This document shows, one piece after another, positions 45,780-55,857 of a DNA stretch of 64,000 nt; the first letter of the stretch is position 1; every line of letters starts with the position of its first letter. Location of the stretch: the NCBI RefSeq assembly GCF_041629635.1, contig NZ_JBFKMX010000001.1:7863-71862 (forward strand). The letters run 5' to 3'. Both the position numbers and the translations under genes were made by a program. Source of the stretch: Pseudoalteromonas sp. Its GTDB lineage: Bacteria; Pseudomonadota; Gammaproteobacteria; Enterobacterales; Alteromonadaceae. Below the pieces are notes generated by a model. It did no database searches, was not told the origin of the DNA, and was given only the letters and a program-made list of their open reading frames with translations.

Positions 45780-46685
45780 TTAACCTTGACCTTTAGTTTT
45801 AGTTGAACCTGATTTTGCAGTTTTTTCTATAAACTCAACAAGTTTACCTGCCACATCTAAACCTGTAGCAGTTTCAATACCTTCAAGGCCTGGAGAAGAG
45901 TTTACTTCCATTACCATCGGGCCATTGTGTGAGCGAAGTAAGTCTACACCGCAGAAATTAAGACCCATTACTTTTGCCGCATTTACCGCAGTAGCACGTT
46001 CTTCTTTGGTTAGTTTTACAATTTCAGCGCTGCCACCACGGTGTAAGTTTGAGCGGAATTCGCCTTCTGCGCCTTGACGCTTCATAGCTGCAACTACCTT
46101 ACCACCAACAACTAGACAGCGAATATCTGCGCCGCCAGCTTCTTTAATGTATTCTTGTACTAAAATGTTTGCTTTTAGGCCCATGAAAGCTTCGATAATG
46201 CTCTCCGCGGCTTTAGCAGTATCAGCAAGTACTACACCAATACCTTGAGTACCTTCTAAAAGCTTGATTACTAAAGGTGCACCCCCCACGTTTTTAATTA
46301 AGTCTTTAATATTATCTGGTTTGCGTGCAAAACCTGTACGCGGCAGGCCAATGCCTTTACGAGATAAAAGCTGAAGCGAGCGAAGTTTGTCGCGCGAACG
46401 GCTGATAGCAACAGACTCATTTACATTGAATGTGCCCATCATTTCAAACTGTCTAGCTACAGCAGTTCCGTAAAAAGTTACTGATGCACCAATACGCGGA
46501 ATAATTGCATCATATTTTGGTAATTCTTTACCATGGTAACGAACCGCAGGACGGCTACTAGTAATGTCCATATAGCAGTGAAGTGTATCGATAATATCTG
46601 CTTCATGACCACGTGCAATACATGCCTCTTGAAGGCGACGAGTTGAATATAAGTTTTCGTTTCTAGATAAAATAGCAATTTTCAA
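45780..46685 (-). CDS. rimK: Alpha-L-glutamate ligase RimK
   Basis: [69 protein letters not shown]. Confidence 0.95.
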   Translation of the reverse strand: MKIAILSRNENLYSTRRLQEACIARGHEADIIDTLHCYMDITSSRPAVRYHGKELPKYDAIIPRIGASVTFYGTAVARQFEMMGTFNVNESVAISRSRDKLRSLQLLSRKGIGLPRTGFARKPDNIKDLIKNVGGAPLVIKLLEGTQGIGVVLADTAKAAESIIEAFMGLKANILVQEYIKEAGGADIRCLVVGGKVVAAMKRQGAEGEFRSNLHRGGSAEIVKLTKEERATAVNAAKVMGLNFCGVDLLRSHNGPMVMEVNSSPGLEGIETATGLDVAGKLVEFIEKTAKSGSTKTKGQG

Positions 46686-46782
46686 AATTTGGCTCCCTTA
46701 ATCGTTTTTAGTCCGATAATTTATATTTGGAAAGGTAGTTGATAATTAATAGAAATAGAAACAAAATAAAAATAGTTATTTA

Positions 46783-46797
46783 ATAAAAAAAATTTAT
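46783..46797. promoter_or_regulatory. LysR-type recognition site
   Basis: ATAA-AAAAAAT-TTAT (T-N11-A dyad) in the divergent rimK/LysR intergenic region. Confidence 0.45.
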
Positions 46798-46814
46798 CAA
46801 ACGGGTGGTTTTGC

Positions 46815-47657
46815 GTGAAAATTGAGCTTTTAACTACTTTTTTAGAAGTGAGTCAAACATTACATGTACGTATTGCTTCTGAAAATCTATATCTTACGCA
46901 AGCGGCAGTGAGCAGTCGCATTAAACAATTAGAAGAAGAGCTCGGTGTGCAGTTATTTGACCGTACGCAAAAGCGTTTGAAGCTTACCGCAGAAGGTCAT
47001 CGCCTTGTTAAGTATGCTAATGAAATGCTGATCATGTGGCAAAAACTAAAACAAGATGTGGGTGTTGCTCAGCCTAACTCCTACCAGCTGTTTGTAGGTT
47101 CAATGATGTCTATTTGGGATATTGTATTGCAAGATTGGCTGCAAAAGATTCATCGCAATCTCGATGATGTTCACTTGTTTACACATACATACTCACCACT
47201 GGAGCTCAGAAAACAAGTAATTAGTAGATTGGTGGATATTGCCTTTTTGTTTGAGCCCCCGTTTGTTGAAGACATTGTCACTGAAAAGGTGGCCACGGTG
47301 CCACTGCAGTTAGTTTCTACCGAAAGAGATATAAAGGTAAGTAATATTGAAAATATGGTGATGGTGGAATATGGTGAATCGGTTAATAGCCAAATTTTAC
47401 GTGATTATAGTGACTCTAATGCTATCCGGCATCATATGAGTCAACCAAGAATCGCACTCAATTTTATTTTAGAAGCATCAGGCAGCGCTTATTTACCAAA
47501 ACAAATGTGCTTTGAACATATTCGTAAAGGAAAATTGCATCGCGTGGAAGATGCACCTGAATACAGTCGTGATATCTACGCAATTTACCTTGATAAAAGT
47601 CAAAAAAAGCAATTAATTGAAGAAGCTCTAATGCTTTTTCCGTATGTCCGAAGTTAG
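46815..47657 (+). CDS. LysR-family regulator, second HdfR-like paralogue
   Basis: ELLTTFLEVSQTLH..LYLTQAAVSSRIKQLE; divergent from rimK. Confidence 0.88.
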   Translation: MKIELLTTFLEVSQTLHVRIASENLYLTQAAVSSRIKQLEEELGVQLFDRTQKRLKLTAEGHRLVKYANEMLIMWQKLKQDVGVAQPNSYQLFVGSMMSIWDIVLQDWLQKIHRNLDDVHLFTHTYSPLELRKQVISRLVDIAFLFEPPFVEDIVTEKVATVPLQLVSTERDIKVSNIENMVMVEYGESVNSQILRDYSDSNAIRHHMSQPRIALNFILEASGSAYLPKQMCFEHIRKGKLHRVEDAPEYSRDIYAIYLDKSQKKQLIEEALMLFPYVRS

Positions 47658-47828
47658 TTTGTGATAAGAATAATTTTTCAATTTTGTGTTTTTAATAAAT
47701 ATATTTTATTTTTTTAAAAAATTAACTTGTTACAACGGATTTCATTTGTATAAAGAGAGGTAATTTTGAAAAATATCGCATGCTAAATTTAACAAACTAA
47801 TCAATAATGACGAAAACAACGTGATACT

Positions 47829-48719
47829 TTGAGTATTATGAATATACAAAAAATTCGTCAAATAGGCATATTTACTGAGTCAGAGAACATTACTGCATGG
47901 TTAGAGTGCACCTTAAAACTGACGTCTCTCTCAATTGAGGGTACTTGTGTTATAACAAAAACTAGTCAAATCGATAAGCTTTCTCCTTCTTTGTTAATCG
48001 TATCTGAAAGTAAGTTTCGTATAACTTATAACTACTTAAGAAAATTAAATAAACTCTTACCTGTCTTAGTCTTAACCAAAGACTTTAATGGCTTTTCGGT
48101 TCCGAACTCGTGTAAATTGACGATTGATATTTTGCCGCTCCATGCTGCTACTATTGGCTTAGTTGAGCACAGCATTAAAGCTGTATTTCAAGATTTCAAA
48201 CTAAACCAAGAGTTGACCAAGTTGGCCCATTATGATGCATTAACAGGAGCAGCAAACCGATTGTTATTTCAGGACCGATGTAAGCAAGTGTTGAAAATGG
48301 CAAAGCGAAATAAACGTCCTGTCAGCCTGCTTTATTTCGATTTAGATGATTTTAAACCTATAAACGACACTTATGGACACGATATTGGCGATGAATTATT
48401 AAAACGTTTTGTAAAAATGGTCTTATCAGTTTGTCGAGAAACAGACACCTTAGCACGTTTAGGCGGTGATGAATTTGCGTTGTTACTACCTGACACAGCA
48501 GAGTCAGAATTAACACTTTTTTGCAAAAAATTGGTACGTTGTCTTGCTGAAAAGCAGCAATTTAATGATCAACAAATTGAAATTAAATGTTCTATTGGTG
48601 CGGTCTCTACTTCGAGAGAAGAACATATTACTTTAATACCGCAAAAACTTATCAAAAAAGCTGACCAAGCAGTTTATCGTGCTAAGGATGTTGACGGTAC
48701 CAGTTTTGTTATCATTTAA
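47829..48719 (+). CDS. GGDEF diguanylate cyclase with degenerate receiver-like N-terminus
   Basis: AHYDALTG, DLDDFKPINDTYGH, RETD I-site, RLGGDEF; start codon uncertain. Confidence 0.85.
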   Translation: MSIMNIQKIRQIGIFTESENITAWLECTLKLTSLSIEGTCVITKTSQIDKLSPSLLIVSESKFRITYNYLRKLNKLLPVLVLTKDFNGFSVPNSCKLTIDILPLHAATIGLVEHSIKAVFQDFKLNQELTKLAHYDALTGAANRLLFQDRCKQVLKMAKRNKRPVSLLYFDLDDFKPINDTYGHDIGDELLKRFVKMVLSVCRETDTLARLGGDEFALLLPDTAESELTLFCKKLVRCLAEKQQFNDQQIEIKCSIGAVSTSREEHITLIPQKLIKKADQAVYRAKDVDGTSFVII

Positions 48720-49044
48720 ATCAAGGGCATCTGTCAGGCTGTGATGTTGCTGTTTTTCAATTTTGAAGTGTTTAGGTGATACTCGGTGGACAAAGATGGC
48801 GACACCACATACTTTATCGAAATAACAGAGACTATGGTTAACTTGCAACCGCACATCCTTTACGCAGGTGTAATGTTACGCAGTTTTTTCGCTTATAGCA
48901 TATCTCAAGTTTAAAAATGATTCCTGATCTTGTTAAGTGGAACACTAATATGAGGCGTAATACAGTTTTCTTCTCTATGAAATTAATTCACATTCGTATT
49001 AGATTTATTTGCTTGTGCCTTTATTAATAACTTCTATACTCAAT

Positions 49045-49060
49045 TGGCTTATATTTTGCG
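49045..49060 (+). promoter_or_regulatory. Possible sigma54 promoter upstream of the glycogen operon
   Basis: TGGCTT-ATATT-TTGCG, GG-N10-GC, intergenic. Confidence 0.4.
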
Positions 49061-49115
49061 TTAAAAGGATATAGAGCGAATATTTAGTGTTAATTTGCAT
49101 GATTTGCATCAAATT

Positions 49116-49141
49116 AGTGCATAAAAACTTTTTTATGCACT
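49116..49141. repeat. 26-bp near-perfect palindrome
   Basis: AGTGCATAAAAA-CT-TTTTTATGCACT. Confidence 0.75.
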
Positions 49142-49164
49142 GTCATGAAGCGTAAATATTCCTA

Positions 49165-49180
49165 TGTTTAGATAATCACA
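49165..49180. promoter_or_regulatory. CRP-like site
   Basis: TGTTT-AGATAA-TCACA, one perfect half-site. Confidence 0.4.
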
Positions 49181-49233
49181 GTTATGCGCTAGGCAGTTTG
49201 AAGCGTGTTAGTTAAATGGAAAGGAAAAGCACA

Positions 49234-49533
49234 ATGTTAACTAAACGATTTTTTAAGACCAAGCAAGAAGCAGAAGTAACGTTCGAGTTTGCAGCAGAGG
49301 CTGACACAAAAGTGTCGTTGGCAGGTGAATTTAATGACTGGCAGCCAGTGACTATGAAGTACGTTAAAAAGGACAACGTTTTTCGCACCAAACTTCGCTT
49401 ACCAATTGAGCAAAATTTCCAGTTTAAATACCTAGTTAACGAGCAAGAATGGCAAAACGACCAAGCTGCGGATCACTACTTACTAAACGCGTTTGGCACT
49501 GATAATTCAGTTGTTTCTACTGTGCGAGCTTAA
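49234..49533 (+). CDS. CBM48 / isoamylase early-set domain protein
   Basis: VSLAGEFNDW, FQFKYLVNEQEWQND..AD; start moved to ATG 49234 behind AAGGA. Confidence 0.88.
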   Translation: MLTKRFFKTKQEAEVTFEFAAEADTKVSLAGEFNDWQPVTMKYVKKDNVFRTKLRLPIEQNFQFKYLVNEQEWQNDQAADHYLLNAFGTDNSVVSTVRA

Positions 49534-49538
49534 ATTGA

Positions 49539-51545
49539 GTGAATGCAGTAGAACAATTGTGTTACCTGCAAGGGGTAGCACTCGATTATATTGATTATTA
49601 TGGTCAGCAAACTCGCATACTAGATGATGTAAGACGGCAAATTCTTAAAGCCTGTGGCCATGATGTTACCAACCAAGACTACATTTGCGACACTAACTTT
49701 CGCTTAGATGCGTTGCCTTGGCAAACGGTGCTTAATGCTTTTCAAGTGACATCGAGTGAACACGCTGTTTTAAAAGTACGTGCGCAAAGCTGTGAGCCAG
49801 GAAAACATCTTAAAATTGTTATTTCAGAGGGTGCAACTGAGTTTTGCAGATTACACGTTGCGCTGACAAACAGCCTCGAAATTGGTGACTACGTTATCGA
49901 TGGTGTGCGTTATTGTGAATATCAAATTGAGCTACCATCACTTGTTGCAAACTACTACCAAGTTGATGTTGTTTTCTCGTCTCAAATTACAAAAGCACAG
50001 TCATTTCGTGCGACTTTGGCTGTGGCACCGCCAAGTTGTTTTGCGTTAGATGAAAACCAAAGGTCGTGGGGCATTTCTTGTCAGTTATATACTCTGCGCG
50101 ATAAACGTGAAAGTGGTTTTGGAGATTTTTCATCGCTTAAAGAGCTTATTCAGCGTAGTTCTGAAAAAGGTGCGGATTATATTCTGTTAAACCCTTTGCA
50201 TAAGTTGTTTGCAAAAGAACCTGAACGCGCAAGCCCTTATAGCCCAAATGATCGCAATCAAATAAACCCGCTCTACATTAGTCCGCGTTTATGTATTGAT
50301 TACACTTTATCTAATGGTGAATATCGCTCTGATAATCAATTTATTGATTATAGCCAAGCAACACAGCATAAATATCAATGTTTTAAGGTAATGTATCTTA
50401 ATTTTTGCGAATTAGAGCTGGCAAAAAATACTGAACGCGCAGACGATTTTAATGCCTTCGTGGTTGTTCATGCTGACTGGCATTTATCGCAGTTTGATTA
50501 TTACTTGCAGTGGATCGCTAAAGAGCAGCTTGACTATTGCCAGCGTTATGCCAAAACCAAAGGTATGGCAATCGGGCTTATTTTAGATTTAGCGGTTGGT
50601 TGCACCCGTGATGGCGAAGAGTATCAGCGCAATAAATCACTGTTTGTTAAACATGCCAATATCGGTGCGCCTCCTGATCCTTGGGCTCGAGATGGGCAAG
50701 ATTGGGGCTTGGCAGTACAAGATCCGGTTAAGTTAAAGGCATCTCATTTCTCACATTTTATTGCATTAATTCGTGCCAATATGATTGCCGGTGGCCTGCG
50801 CATTGATCATGTTATGGGATTACTGCGTTTATGGTGGTGTGTTAGCGTTAATAACCAGCCAGCAGGCTGTTATGTCTATTACCCGTTTAAAGAATTATTA
50901 GCGCTCTTATGCTTAGAAAGTCACTTAAATCAATGCATTGTAATTGGTGAAGATTTAGGTGTGGTACCAGAAGCAATTAAACACGATTTAGATAATGCTC
51001 ATGTTTACGGCAATGATATTTTCTATTTCGAAAAAGATGCAGCTGGTCAATTTTTATTGCCAAACGATCATCGTAAACATGCGCTGGTGATGATTGCCAA
51101 CCATGATGTTGCCCCGTTTTTTGCGTGGTGGCAAAGCATCGATATCCACACTCGTGATAAATACCAACTTTATTCAAATAATGAGCAATATGGTTTTGAT
51201 TTAACGCAACGTGAACACGACAAACGCGCATTGATTCATTGGTTGAAAACCGCAAATGAGTTACCAGAAAATGATGATGCAAAAAGTATTTATCGTGCAA
51301 TGGTACTCAACCTTGCAACAAGCAATTCGCAATTTTTATGTTTACAACTTGATGATTTAAGTGGTGAAACACTTGCGGTAAACATCCCTGGAACCGATCA
51401 AGAATACCCCAACTGGCGACGCCGTCTTTCGTGCTCTTTAGCCACCATTTTTGGCCCCTTAAGCAATGAAGAGCAAGACAACAATAATGAAGAACACGGT
51501 TTTTGGCAGTTATTAAATGCTAGGAGAGATCATGTCAGTAGCTAA
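49539..51545 (+). CDS. malQ: 4-alpha-glucanotransferase (GH77)
   Basis: SPYSP, DLAVG, GAPPD..GQDWG, RIDHVMG, IGEDLG, NIPGTDQEYPNWRRRL. Confidence 0.93.
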   Translation: MNAVEQLCYLQGVALDYIDYYGQQTRILDDVRRQILKACGHDVTNQDYICDTNFRLDALPWQTVLNAFQVTSSEHAVLKVRAQSCEPGKHLKIVISEGATEFCRLHVALTNSLEIGDYVIDGVRYCEYQIELPSLVANYYQVDVVFSSQITKAQSFRATLAVAPPSCFALDENQRSWGISCQLYTLRDKRESGFGDFSSLKELIQRSSEKGADYILLNPLHKLFAKEPERASPYSPNDRNQINPLYISPRLCIDYTLSNGEYRSDNQFIDYSQATQHKYQCFKVMYLNFCELELAKNTERADDFNAFVVVHADWHLSQFDYYLQWIAKEQLDYCQRYAKTKGMAIGLILDLAVGCTRDGEEYQRNKSLFVKHANIGAPPDPWARDGQDWGLAVQDPVKLKASHFSHFIALIRANMIAGGLRIDHVMGLLRLWWCVSVNNQPAGCYVYYPFKELLALLCLESHLNQCIVIGEDLGVVPEAIKHDLDNAHVYGNDIFYFEKDAAGQFLLPNDHRKHALVMIANHDVAPFFAWWQSIDIHTRDKYQLYSNNEQYGFDLTQREHDKRALIHWLKTANELPENDDAKSIYRAMVLNLATSNSQFLCLQLDDLSGETLAVNIPGTDQEYPNWRRRLSCSLATIFGPLSNEEQDNNNEEHGFWQLLNARRDHVSS

Positions 51546-53730
51546 TTTTGTTTCACTTAGCCAACTAAATGAAGAACAACACACGTTAGAAAAAGCTTAT
51601 TCATTACAACGTGCTGATTTTATTAATGCGTTCAGCTTTTTAGGTAAACACACTATTAACAGTGAACTTGCGATTATTCGCTGCTTTGTTCCTGGAGCAC
51701 AAAAAGTGGCAGTGCGCGCAAATAAACAAAATCTCGCGATGGAACAGTTGCAAGACACCGCGTTATTTCAGCTTGTGGTGAGTAACAGTAAAGTTGCAGA
51801 GCCCATCGAGCTGAATATTGATTATGGTAATTGCCAAGTACAAGGTTATTTACCTTATAGCTTTTCATCAAGCTTAGACGTTGATGCAATGTACTTATTT
51901 AATCAAGGCACTTTGGCACATGCATATCGTCATTTCGGTGCGCATGTAATAACGCATCAAGGGGTTAAAGGCACGCGTTTTACCGTGTGGGCACCTAATG
52001 CTAAAGCGGTGTCAGTAATTGGTGATTTTAATCATTGGGATGCCAGTTGCTACCCCATGCGCTTTCACCCAGCCTCTGGGGTGTGGGAAATTTTTATCGG
52101 GGAAGATTTAAGCGATAAAAATTACAAATACAGCTTGTTAACCGAGCACGACCAACGCATAGAAAAAGCCGACCCATTTGCACTGCAAATGCAGTTACCG
52201 CCCCATACGGCCTCGCGGGTAGCTAGATTACCAACAAACCCAGCGTCAATTTCGCCTATTAATAAATTCAATCAAGCTATCAGCATTTATGAAGTGCACT
52301 TAGGTTCGTGGCGTCGCAATGTTGAAGAAGGTAATGGTTATTTAACTTACCAGCAACTTGCCGAACAATTGATCCCCTATGTATTAGATCTTGGTTTTAC
52401 CCATATTCAATTAATGCCAATCAGTGAATTTCCATTTGATGGTTCGTGGGGCTATCAACCCGTTGGCCTTTATGCGCCAACCAGTCGTTTTGGCGATATT
52501 AATCAATTTGCAGAGTTTATTCGTCAAATAAAAGCCGCGGGACTAGGCGTACTGATTGATTGGGTGCCGGGGCATTTTCCAAATGACCCTCATGGCTTAG
52601 CAATGTTTGATGGCACTCATTTATACGAACATGCGGATAAACGTCAAGGCTATCATCCAGATTGGAATACCCATATTTATAATTACGATCGTGCTGAAGT
52701 TCGCAGCTTTTTGATGTCAAACGCCACATATTGGCTAACAGAATTTGGTATTGATGGTTTACGTGTCGATGCGGTGGCATCGATGCTTTACCTAGATTAC
52801 AGCCGCGAAGAAGGGCAATGGGTACCCAATTGTTATGGTGGCCGTGAAAACCTCGGGGCAATAAGCTTATTGCAGCACATTAATGCCAAAGTTTACGGTG
52901 AAAACCCCAATATTGTCACCATTGCAGAAGAATCCACAGCGTGGCCGGGGGTGACCAAGCCAAGCGACCAATCAGGTTTAGGCTTTGGCTTTAAATGGAA
53001 TATGGGCTGGATGAATGACAGCCTAGAGTATATGAAAAAAGATCCCATTTATCGCCGTCATCACCATAACGAGATGACTTTTTCGTTAGTATACGCGTTT
53101 AGTGAAAATTACATTCTGCCGCTATCGCACGATGAAGTAGTGCACGGTAAAGGCTCACTTATTAACAAAATGCCGGGAGATGACTGGCAAAAGTTTGCAA
53201 ACTTACGTGCATTTTATGGCTTTATGTGGGCACATCCCGGTAAAAAACTACTGTTTATGGGCGGCGAATTTGCTCAATATGATGAATGGGATCATGACAT
53301 TAGTTTGGATTGGCACTTACTTAATGAGGCGAAACATCAGGGTGTTTCTAACCTAATAAAAGCACTCAACACGCTGTATAAAACGCATCCGTCACTGTAT
53401 CAACTGGATAATAGCGGTGAGGGCTTTGACTGGATTGATGGTGGTAATGCGGAGCAAAGTGTCTTCAGTTTTATTCGTAAAAGTAGCGACCAACCAAACG
53501 TGATTGTGATTTGTAATTTTACCCCAACGGTTTGTGAAAACTTTAAATTAGGCGTTCCCAAAGCGAAAGGTTACCAGTTGGAGTTAAACACGGATGACAT
53601 TCAATTTGGTGGAAGTGGTGTTTTGGTTGAAAGCGATGTCACTGTGTTAAATGAAGAAAATCATGGCTTTGATCACAGTATTTCATTAACGCTTGCACCG
53701 CTTGCAACCTATTACCTTGTGGAGAAATAA
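51532..53730 (+). CDS. glgB: 1,4-alpha-glucan branching enzyme
   Basis: IYEVHLGSW, GSWGYQP, DWVPGHFP, RVDAVASMLY, AEESTAWP, LPLSHDEVVHGK; start at ATG 51532 behind AGGAG. Confidence 0.96.
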   Translation: MSVANFVSLSQLNEEQHTLEKAYSLQRADFINAFSFLGKHTINSELAIIRCFVPGAQKVAVRANKQNLAMEQLQDTALFQLVVSNSKVAEPIELNIDYGNCQVQGYLPYSFSSSLDVDAMYLFNQGTLAHAYRHFGAHVITHQGVKGTRFTVWAPNAKAVSVIGDFNHWDASCYPMRFHPASGVWEIFIGEDLSDKNYKYSLLTEHDQRIEKADPFALQMQLPPHTASRVARLPTNPASISPINKFNQAISIYEVHLGSWRRNVEEGNGYLTYQQLAEQLIPYVLDLGFTHIQLMPISEFPFDGSWGYQPVGLYAPTSRFGDINQFAEFIRQIKAAGLGVLIDWVPGHFPNDPHGLAMFDGTHLYEHADKRQGYHPDWNTHIYNYDRAEVRSFLMSNATYWLTEFGIDGLRVDAVASMLYLDYSREEGQWVPNCYGGRENLGAISLLQHINAKVYGENPNIVTIAEESTAWPGVTKPSDQSGLGFGFKWNMGWMNDSLEYMKKDPIYRRHHHNEMTFSLVYAFSENYILPLSHDEVVHGKGSLINKMPGDDWQKFANLRAFYGFMWAHPGKKLLFMGGEFAQYDEWDHDISLDWHLLNEAKHQGVSNLIKALNTLYKTHPSLYQLDNSGEGFDWIDGGNAEQSVFSFIRKSSDQPNVIVICNFTPTVCENFKLGVPKAKGYQLELNTDDIQFGGSGVLVESDVTVLNEENHGFDHSISLTLAPLATYYLVEK

Positions 53731-53732
53731 CA

Positions 53733-55856
53733 GTGTCTGCGCGCTTTGCAATACGACCCGGAAACACTTCACCACTCGGCGCAACGCCGAGTGACAATGG
53801 TACAAATTTCGCGCTTTTTTCAGAAAGGGCAAGTAAGGTTGAGATTTGCTTGTTTGATCAAAGTGGTCACAGCGAAATTGCACGTATTCCGCTTTATCGT
53901 GACGAGCAAGGCATTTGGCATATATTTATTCGCGGCGTTGGCCAAGGTCAACTGTATGGTTATCGGGTTTATGGTGACTATAACCCGAAAAAAGGTCATT
54001 ATTTCAATGCAAATAAGCTTTTATTAGACCCGTATGCTAAATCCTTATTTGGTGAATTTAATTGGGGTAATGCGCACAAAGCTGATGAAGCGTATCGGCA
54101 CTTAGATTCGGCAACAGACATGCCAAAATGCAAAGTGTCAGTATTGCCTCATTATCAAGGCACAAGACCAAATATCCCATGGCATAAAACGGTCATTTAT
54201 GAATGCCATGTCAAAGGTGCCACCAAGTTATATCCGTCAATCCCAGAAGAACTTCGTGGTACTTACTTAGGTTTGGCTCATCCAAATTTTATTTGGCATT
54301 TAAAAAGCTTAGGTGTTACAGCCATTGAATTATTGCCGGTGCATAGTTTTATTAGTGAAGCGTTTTTACCAGAGCGCGGTCTTAGCAATTATTGGGGTTA
54401 CAACACACTTAACTTTTTCACGCCCCATTTAGCCTATGCACACACCAATCAGGAACAAGAATTTCAGCAGATGGTGTCGGTATTACACGAAGCGGGTATT
54501 GAAGTAATCGTTGATGTGGTATTTAACCATACTGCTGAAGGTAATGAACAGGGACCCATTTTGTCCCTTCGGGGTATTGATAACCAAGCCTATTATCGCT
54601 TGCAGCAAGATAATTTTGCTTTCTACGTCAATGATACGGGCTGTGGTAACACCCTTAATATTTCACACCCTAAAAGTTTACAGCTGGTCATGGATAGCCT
54701 GCGCTACTGGGTGCAAGTGTATGGGGTGGATGGTTTCCGTTTTGATTTAGCAAGCATTTTAGGCCGTGATCAAGACGGCTTTAAAAAGCATCACACCTTT
54801 TTTCAAACCTTAGCACAAGACCCGATATTAAAGGGCATTAAGTTAATTGCGGAGCCGTGGGATCTGGCGATTGATGGCTACCAACTTGGAAATTATGTAG
54901 CACCATGGCGCGAATGGAACGACCAATATCGCGATACAGTGCGCAGTTTCTGGCGCGGTGATTCGAGCATATTGCCAGACTTTGCCCGCTTCTTTCATGG
55001 TTCAAGCCACTTGTTTGAGAAAAAAGGGCGTTCGGTTACGTCCAGTATCAACTTTATCACCGCTCATGACGGTTTCACCTTGGCTGATTTAGTGAGTTAT
55101 AACAACAAACATAATCTTGCCAACCAAGAAGAAAATCGCGACGGGCACGACCATAATCTATCTCATAACTGGGGCTTTGAAGGTGCCACAGACTATACAG
55201 ATATCAATGCATTACGTTTACGCGCACAAAAGAACTTTTTACTGACACTGTGTTTATCAAATGGTGTTCCCATGCTATGCGCTGGCAGCGAAGTTGCACA
55301 CTCGCAAAGCGGCAACAACAATGCTTATTGCCAAGATAATGAAATTAGTTGGATCGATTGGCAAAGTGATGTTCTTGATGATACACAGCAGCACCCGCTT
55401 TACCAATTTATTAGTCGCGCATTAAAACTGCGCAGTGAGTTTTCTTTATACCGCCAAAGTCAGTTTATTCACGATGATGATCCGCGCTTTAGCGTTTCTT
55501 GGCTGAATGAACACGGTGCCTTAATGCAAGGTACTGACTGGCATAACCCAAATGGCCATTGTCTTGGCTATTTAATGGAAGATATTCAAGACGATAAAGC
55601 GCTGTTACTGCTGTTTAATGCCTCGAGCAAAAATGTGATGTTTAAATTACCTGAACAAGAAGCGCATCACTGTTGGCGCATCCGCCTTTATTCCTATTGT
55701 GACGAGCGCGATGAAGAATGCTTAGCACCTGGCCAAACGTTGTTACTTAATAGCTACAGTGCATGGGTGCTTTCCAGCCATATCAAAATGCCTGCCAATC
55801 AGCAGGAAAAGAATGATACGTCTCACACGTTCAATTTAACTAAGCAAGGAGTTTAG
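53733..55856 (+). CDS. glgX: Glycogen debranching enzyme
   Basis: NYWGYN, DVVFNHTAEG, DGFRFDLAS, IAEPWD, NFITAHDGFTLADLVSY, NNNAYCQDNE. Confidence 0.95.
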   Translation: MSARFAIRPGNTSPLGATPSDNGTNFALFSERASKVEICLFDQSGHSEIARIPLYRDEQGIWHIFIRGVGQGQLYGYRVYGDYNPKKGHYFNANKLLLDPYAKSLFGEFNWGNAHKADEAYRHLDSATDMPKCKVSVLPHYQGTRPNIPWHKTVIYECHVKGATKLYPSIPEELRGTYLGLAHPNFIWHLKSLGVTAIELLPVHSFISEAFLPERGLSNYWGYNTLNFFTPHLAYAHTNQEQEFQQMVSVLHEAGIEVIVDVVFNHTAEGNEQGPILSLRGIDNQAYYRLQQDNFAFYVNDTGCGNTLNISHPKSLQLVMDSLRYWVQVYGVDGFRFDLASILGRDQDGFKKHHTFFQTLAQDPILKGIKLIAEPWDLAIDGYQLGNYVAPWREWNDQYRDTVRSFWRGDSSILPDFARFFHGSSHLFEKKGRSVTSSINFITAHDGFTLADLVSYNNKHNLANQEENRDGHDHNLSHNWGFEGATDYTDINALRLRAQKNFLLTLCLSNGVPMLCAGSEVAHSQSGNNNAYCQDNEISWIDWQSDVLDDTQQHPLYQFISRALKLRSEFSLYRQSQFIHDDDPRFSVSWLNEHGALMQGTDWHNPNGHCLGYLMEDIQDDKALLLLFNASSKNVMFKLPEQEAHHCWRIRLYSYCDERDEECLAPGQTLLLNSYSAWVLSSHIKMPANQQEKNDTSHTFNLTKQGV

Positions 55857-55857
55857 T

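Noticed and set aside
48633-48854. 73-aa minus-strand ORF
   Set aside because: Overlaps the GGDEF gene end, TTG start, no family features.
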